Source: the human T2T-CHM13v2.0 reference genome, Homo sapiens. Taken from it: a stretch of DNA of 64,000 nucleotides. The DNA lies in the NCBI RefSeq assembly GCF_009914755.1, contig NC_060931.1; one strand, written 5' to 3'. Shown one piece after another: positions 57,790 to 64,000 of the stretch. Position 1 is the first letter of the stretch. Every line of letters starts with the position of its first letter. Position numbers and translations under genes: made by a program. The notes under the pieces were generated by a model. The model ran no database searches. It saw only the letters and a program-made list of their open reading frames with translations, and was not told where the DNA came from.

Positions 57790-58917
57790 CTCTTTTTAAT
57801 TTTAGTCTCCCATATGTTTGCATTTAATTTTTTAAATGGATGATTTTATGTTTATTCCTCTTAAGTCTATACCTGTTCCTGTTACCCTTCTATTTTAGCT
57901 TATTGATACCTTTTGCCTCTCTTGGTTTATCTGACATTTAATGAATTAGGCTTCTGTCCTGGCTTTGTCACACCTGCAATTTTGATAAGCATGTCTTTTG
58001 TGTGTTCATCCATCACTAATTGAAATTTTAGACTGCATAAACCATAGATAGCACTTGGGAGTCTGCCATAGTGATTGCCCTTTGGATAGGCAATGATTCA
58101 TCAAGTAGTCAACATTCCTTGGGTAGAGTTGTTCAACCAGCTACAAATCTACTCAACTCTACTGGCATTTGTGTCTTCAACTTGTCCAGCGGATGTCAAA
58201 TTCGTTGCTGAAATGAAGATATATTTTTGTCTATGGCATTCCCCCAATCTTCCTGACCCGTAAGCCTGTCAAAGAAGGAAATGTGACTGGCTTGGTGAAA
58301 GACTTATTTGAGGAACCTGTGCTGGCTCCCAGTGATCACTGTCCTTAAAATAGTTAAGTCCAATGTTACTAGAGGTTTGACATAAATCTCTCTAGGCCAC
58401 AGTTTCTGGCATCTACTTTCCCTCATACTTTCATGGCTTTCTGAAAATTGGAACAATTGTCTTGATAAAGATGTGGTTGAAAAATTAAATTTATATTGGA
58501 TTGAAAATGAAAAATAACATGCTTTTAAATTATCTGAGTCTCAGTAACAAAGTGGTGATGCTGAGTAATGATGCATTAAGTCAAAGGGTAAAGTTACAGG
58601 ATAACAGGGGCCTGGATACAGACGCTATCTACTACACTCATATGTTCTAACCACCAATTTAAGCTAATTGCGCTCCCAAAGCAATTCAATTTGTTTATCA
58701 CAATATGTTCTGCTGACCCTCAGTGTTTTAAGGTTCTGAGAGCTATTGTCTTTGAGATATCCATTTTGTTTTAAAATCTAGAACAGCTAAGTTCTTTTCT
58801 ACTAATAATCATAAACATGTTCTCTTCTATCAGATAAAGTAGATGTCAGATGCTTCCTCTGCTTAACTCTCAGGAGTTGTGGAGAAAGCCAAGGCTCTGC
58901 TCTCACAGATCCAGGGC

Positions 58918-59093
58918 CAGTGGTGCCCAATCTTGGATGCACGTGAAAATCACCTGGAAACTTTAAACATCCTGGTGCCTGGGTTACACATGCCCCGAAA
59001 GGTTCAGATTTAATTGGTCTGGATGTAGTTGGGCATCAAGATTTTAAAAAGCTCTCCAGGGATTCTAATGTGCAGCCAACATTGAGAATACTG
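58918..59093. mobile_element. MER5A/B MITE
   Basis: CAGTGGT..AATCACCTGG..GATTTAATTGGTCTGG..GATTCTAATGTGCAGCCAAC..TTGAGAATACTG. Confidence 0.8.
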
Positions 59094-59101
59094 ATCTAGG
59101 T

Positions 59102-59453
59102 CAATGGTTCTCAAAGCAGAGTTCCAGACCAGCAGCTTCAGCACCACTTGGAATCTGTCAGAAATACAAATTCTTGAGCCCCCACCTCAGATCTATTGAG
59201 TTAGAAATTCTGCAGGAGGAGTTCGGAAATCAGTATTTTGTTTTGTTTTGCTTTGTTTCTCGCTCTGTCACCCAGGCTGCAGTGCAGTGATATAATCATA
59301 GCTCACTGCAGCCTCAAACTGGGCTCAGGTGATCCTCCCACCTCAGCCTCCTGAGTAGCTGGGATTACAGGTGTGCGCCACCATGCCTGGCTGGAAATCA
59401 GTGTTTTAACAAGCAATGTAGGTCTGATGCATGCTATGGTTTGAAGACTACTG
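59102..59453. mobile_element. MER5A MITE containing a FRAM
   Basis: CAATGGTTCTCAAAG..CCAGACCAGCAGC..AGAAATACAAATTCT..GTTTTAACAAGC..TTTGAAGACTACTG. Confidence 0.8.
59240..59392 (-). mobile_element. FRAM (free right Alu monomer)
   Basis: Single right-arm monomer (ATCATAGCTCACTGCAGCCTC) bounded by TSD GGAAATCAGT(A/G)TTTT. Confidence 0.8.
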
Positions 59454-61170
59454 CTGTAGGCTTTCTTCCTCCTTGGAAGAAGCTTATCTGTCAAATGTTA
59501 TTGACCCTAAGGACGTCTGGTCTGAGGCCAGTGAAAGTTCTCTACAGCCATAGGTAAGTTACACAGGAAGCTTTGGGTGCTCACTTTTCCACTCAGCCAG
59601 TGAGCTGGCCCTGCAGAAGGTGCTAGGAATGCTTCCATCTAGTGTCTGCACACTACTATGCTATCCTTCGTGGAGGCTGCTCATCAACCTTTGCTGCCTA
59701 CTCCACTGTGCCTTCCCTTCCTGCCATTTATTTTATTCTCTGACAAGTGGTTTTGACCCATAATGGCTGACACCAGGTCTGCTGCGATGGTGCTAGATTG
59801 CTGCAAAGAAACAAAAGGAAGAATCCCACTGTGGGCATTAAAACACAAGTTTTACAGCCATTTGAGGCACTTTGAGAAAAAGAAGGTAAACATCAGTATG
59901 CAATTAGAAGTGAGTGGAAGGTCTTTGGCATCACATCCGAGGGGTGGGTTGTGGGGAGGCAGTTCGGAGAAACTCTGACCCAGACTTGTAGTGTTTGTGG
60001 CTGCAGAGTCACATGTCTTAGCAAAAGAAGGCAGCCACAATGGCCAGGTGGGCACTGAAGGAAGCTGTCACCATTTTTGACTCTTCTTTCTGGCAGTGTG
60101 AACTTCAATGGCCCACATAATTTTTTTGACCTAATGTGTAAACATTTTACCTCATGTGTAGAAATAGGGACAATGGTACTACCTCGTGGGGTTGTTGTTA
60201 GAATCAACTGAGATCCTATATGTGAAAATACCCAGCACAGCAATAGTAAGGGGTGGTTATTTGATAAGCCTCCCATGTACCCTCCATGAAATTATAATGT
60301 TGTCTGTAGTGAATTTTTCAGAACTAGGGATTAGTATAAAACTAGGGGGCAGGTGGTTTTTTCACAGATGCTCATTACATCCCGGTTCCAGAAAATCCTT
60401 TTCCTCATGGCATCTTTCCTTCCTTTCAAGCTAGGATCTTGACCTCTCTTTACCCTCCCGAAACTCATCCTCGCTTATTGGTCAGTCAGAAGAGGGCTAA
60501 GGTATTAATCAAGATTAGGGTGAACATGACTTACAACTATTTCATGTGTTAGTGTTTCAGAGTGAGATGCAATGTAACAGTTGTTAAACATCTTTTAACC
60601 CCAAGGAGGGAAGGGAGCCCATGTATATTGAGTGCCTTCCTCATAACAGGAAGTTTGCTTTCGTATTCACAGTCACTTAATCCTCAGAAGAGGTGCTACT
60701 ATTATCCTCATTTTAAAGGGAAGGAAACCAATGAGAGTGAAATTTAAGAAACATATCAGATTATTGGGAAATGGAGTATTCTTCCCAGAGCTCCTCAAAA
60801 TATCATGTAGCTTTCGGACTTTGATTTCTCATAGGGTTGGCATAGATCACTGGAAGAATCAGACAGAAAAAAGTTTGTTTTCAAATGCAAGTTATTTCTT
60901 TGCCTAATTGTGAAGCATTACAGAATGATTGGCAATAGCCCAGAAAACACATTCCTCTGCCCTCATTGTTTAATAAAACCAAGAGTACCCTGGCAGAATG
61001 AGCTATATGGGTTTGCTGATTGGTTAATCCCTGATAAAATTGGAATTTTTCTTAACCCAGCTGAGAAAGTAATCACTCCTAAGTACAAAATAGAACCATA
61101 GCGAGGTGGATAATCTCTCTCCAAGAGGAACTTGGTAGTCGCTGAGTTTTGCTTATGTCTTGTTACATTG

Positions 61171-61848
61171 TGTTTTAGTCAGTGATCTCCAGAGCAACAG
61201 AACTGACAGGATATTTATGGAGAGACAGTATATATAAAAAAAGGTTTTGTTACGGGAATTGGCTCACTTGATGACAAAGGCTAAGTCCCACCACAGACTG
61301 AATGTGTGATGGAGAACCAGGGAAACCTGCTGTATGGCTCAGTCCAAGTCTGAAGGCCTCAGAGTGGAAGCCAATGGTGTAGCTCTCAGTTCAAGGCGGA
61401 AGGCCCGAGAGCCCAGGGGCCACTGGTTGCAAGTCCCAGAGTCCAAAGGCCAGGGATCCTGGAGTTCTGACATCCAAGAGCAGAAGGAGAAGGGCGACCT
61501 GGCTCCAGGAAAGAGAATTCATGCTTCCTCTGCCTCTGTGTTCCATCCAGGCCCCCAGCTGATTGGATGGTGCCTGCCCACGTTGAGGGCAGATTTTCCC
61601 CATTCAGTCCACAGACTCACATGCCCATCTTTTCCAGAAACACCCTCACAGACACACCCGGGGCAGTCCAGTCATTCTAATTTAGAAGCAAAACCATCTG
61701 AGTTTCACTTTCAGCAGAAGCGTGGCAGGCTCAGGGCCTCCTGAAGCATTGAGAATAATTAATGCAATGATGAGAATAAATAATGCTTTACCAGCTATCT
61801 GAGTACCCCTTAACTCAGTGAGGTAGACACCCAAAAGCAACCATCCTG
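61171..61848 (-). mobile_element. MLT2B-type ERVL solo LTR
   Basis: TTAGTCAG..TCTCCAGAG..ACAGAAC; GGCTCAGTCCAAGTCTGAAGGCCTCAGA; GATTGGATGGTGCCTGCCCAC; CAGAAACACCCTCACAGACACACCC. Confidence 0.85.
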
Positions 61849-62127
61849 CACTTTTTTCCGTGAGCATTAATAAAGTCTATTGTTCATTGTAGAATGTTCT
61901 GGAAAATGTTCACTTCTCAAAATGACAACTCATCTTTCAATCATCTCCTCCTCTCCAAAGTCTTTCCTACCCTTCCCTCACCTGAAGTATCGATCCGTCA
62001 GCCCCGGTTGGTGCTCTCACAGTACTCATTTACAATTGCACTTAAAATGCTGAGTAGCTTATTGGTCTATTCTCAACACCCCCCTCACCCCCATCAAACC
62101 ACATACTTGTCAGATAAAGGGGTCATG

Positions 62128-62165
62128 ATACTCACCTGGCAGCAGAGGAGATACGAGATCAAGAG
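62128..62165 (+). pseudogene. 3'-truncated U1 snRNA pseudogene fragment
   Basis: ATACTCACCTGGCAG(CAG)AGGAGATACGAGATCA versus the U1 5' end ATACTTACCTGGCAGGGGAGATACCATGATCA; starts at U1 nt 1; flanked by direct repeats AA(A/C)GGGGTCAT. Confidence 0.7.
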
Positions 62166-62688
62166 AACGGGGTCATTATCTTATTTAGCTTTGTCCCTTT
62201 CTCCCAAGTTATCATGAGAAAAAAACTAAATTTAATGAACCAGTGAAAATCGCCTGGCTGTCTGAAAGAGGGAAGAAATGTTGAGTAGGAATAGGGAACA
62301 AGGCTACATTCTATGTAGGGTTAAGCCTTGAAAACAAGGCAGAGGGATTTATACTTAAAGTTGAAGCACCTAGAAGCCACTGTAGAGTGTTGAGTGAGTG
62401 GTGTGGTGATGAAGGCAGGAAGAGGCATAGATTCTACAGAATGAAGCCAAGTGGGAGGGTCTGGAGGCAGAGACCAATGAGCATGCCAGTGGCTGCAAGG
62501 GATTGGCGGATTCGTGTTAGGCATAATGTGTACATGTTAATGGTGAGAAAGATGGGATGCAGAGAAAACTAGGACTTGGTGAGAACCTCTTCTAAAGGAC
62601 TAAATCAAAGGGAGAAAAAATGTGATTTCAAAGCAGCTAGATCAGAAAAGTGGCAGAAGGATGGAAAACTTAGTTGGAAAAGGGCAGC

Positions 62689-63136
62689 TGTATTAGTCCA
62701 TTCTTGCATTGTTGTAAAGAAATAGCTGGGACTGGGTAATATGCAAAGAAAAGAGGTTTAATTGGCTCAGGGTTCTGCAGGCTGCACAGGAAGCGTGGCA
62801 CCAGCATCTACTCAGCATCTACTTAGCATCTGCTGAGACCTCAGGAAGATTTAATGGCGGAAGGTGAAGTGGGTGGAAGGTGAAGTGAGAGCAGGCTCAT
62901 CTCACATGGCAGGAAAGCAGGAGCAAGGGTGGGAGGAGGTGGCACACACTTTTAAACAACAAGATCTCCAGAGAACTCACTCACTATTGTGAGTACAGCA
63001 TCAAGGCGATGGTGCTAAACTATTCATGAGAAATCACCCCCATGACCCAATCACCTCCCACCAGGCCCCACGTCCAACATGGGGGATTACAACTGGACAT
63101 GAGATTTGGGTGGGGACACAGATCCAAACCATGTCA
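62689..63136 (-). mobile_element. MSTA/MSTB MaLR solo LTR
   Basis: TGTATTAGTCCATTCTTGCATTG..AAGAAAAGAGGTTTAATTGGCTCA..GAGATTTGGGTGGGGACACAGATCCAAACCATGTCA; TSD GCAGC/GTAGC. Confidence 0.9.
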
Positions 63137-63704
63137 GTAGCCAATTTGGGGAGTACAGAAGATGGGGAAGGAAGTTAGGATGCATTTCCTTAGTTGACGT
63201 TCTATTTCTTTGAAGTGTCAAGTACACCTACAAATCACTTAATATTTAAATTTTACTTTTTCCTAAAATTGTAATGAAGGGGTGAAATAACCTCATTGCT
63301 CTTTACATTTTAAGGAGTCCTTATTTTATCTGCTACCAATGTAGGTTTTAATTCTCTTTGGAAAATGAATACTCTTCTGGGTCCCATGGGAGCTGTTCCT
63401 TGTGGCATTTGCACAGACGGCCATCTGAGCTGAGTGCTTATTAGATCGGATGAAATATCGTTTAAGGTTAGCAGCCAGACATCACAGGCCACCCACTGGA
63501 CATGCTGGGAATGAAAAAGAGGCCAAAGGACGAGCGTCTGTAGTTAGCAAAGTACAATTGCAAGATTAACAATGGCAACCCCAGTGCGCAGTACTGCTGG
63601 TGGAGAGCGAGTGCATGATATCATAACAGAGTAAGAAAAGGCAGCAAATTCGCATTCAAAGCTCACAGTATGACAGCTTTACAACTGTCTTTTGAATAGT
63701 GTCT

Positions 63705-63761
63705 GTATTAGTTTCCTATTGCTGCTGCTGTAACAATTACCACAGATTTAGTGGCTTAACA
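63705..63761 (-). mobile_element. MLT1 LTR end fragment
   Basis: TGTATTAGTTTCCTATTGCTGCTG..TAACAATTACCACAGATTTAGTGGCTTAA. Confidence 0.7.
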
Positions 63762-64000
63762 TGACTTTGCCTATCCCAGTATTGTGGCATTATGCTTCCA
63801 ATGAGGTTCCCATCCTTGCCCCTCAGATAACCTGGCACAAACAGGCATTAGGATCTTCATATATGAAAACAAATCATTTCATTTTAAAGACAACCTGAGC
63901 TGTCAAAGCAGTTACCTCTCCTAATAAAAAAAAACCCAAAAGATAGATTATTTGTTTAATGTCTTGGGGACTTATTAATTAATATGTATACTAGATGCAG

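Noticed and set aside
60338-60353. CTCF-like motif AAACTAGGGGGCAG (also partial matches near 19025, 51039 and 55346)
   Set aside because: Each misses conserved core positions; cannot be supported without a PWM scan or ChIP data.

Overview
Human (or great-ape) genomic DNA of roughly 40% GC, intergenic or deep intronic. I found no recognisable protein-coding exon, rRNA, tRNA or CRISPR array. The ORF track is explained by Alu, L1, L2, CR1 and LTR remnants or by chance ORFs. More than half of the window is interspersed repeat: about 13 Alus (AluJ/S/Y, counting one free right monomer); a full-length ~8 kb L1MA with its target-site duplication (TSD); a 5'-inverted L1MA; several L1 3' ends; fragmented L2, L3/CR1 and MIR; MaLR/ERVL solo LTRs; and hAT DNA transposons, including a Charlie remnant with a readable transposase C-terminus. 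Repeat-poor blocks (about 6.9-10.2, 26.4-29.6, 34.4-38.5 kb) carry enhancer-like motif clusters (AP-1, ETS/RUNX, FOX:ETS, MEF2, local CpG enrichment). The most unusual items are retrotransposition or repair scars: a twin-primed L1 missing its whole RT region, a 43-nt orphan poly(A) retro-insert with a 15-bp TSD, a ~38-nt 3'-truncated U1 snRNA copy between direct repeats, a local templated duplication of a CR1 end pasted into an L1, and a perfect 27-bp palindrome. I see no support for a new multi-gene system. Subfamily names come from remembered consensus sequences and need RepeatMasker/Dfam confirmation. Boundaries of old repeats are approximate. The chromosomal locus was not identified.
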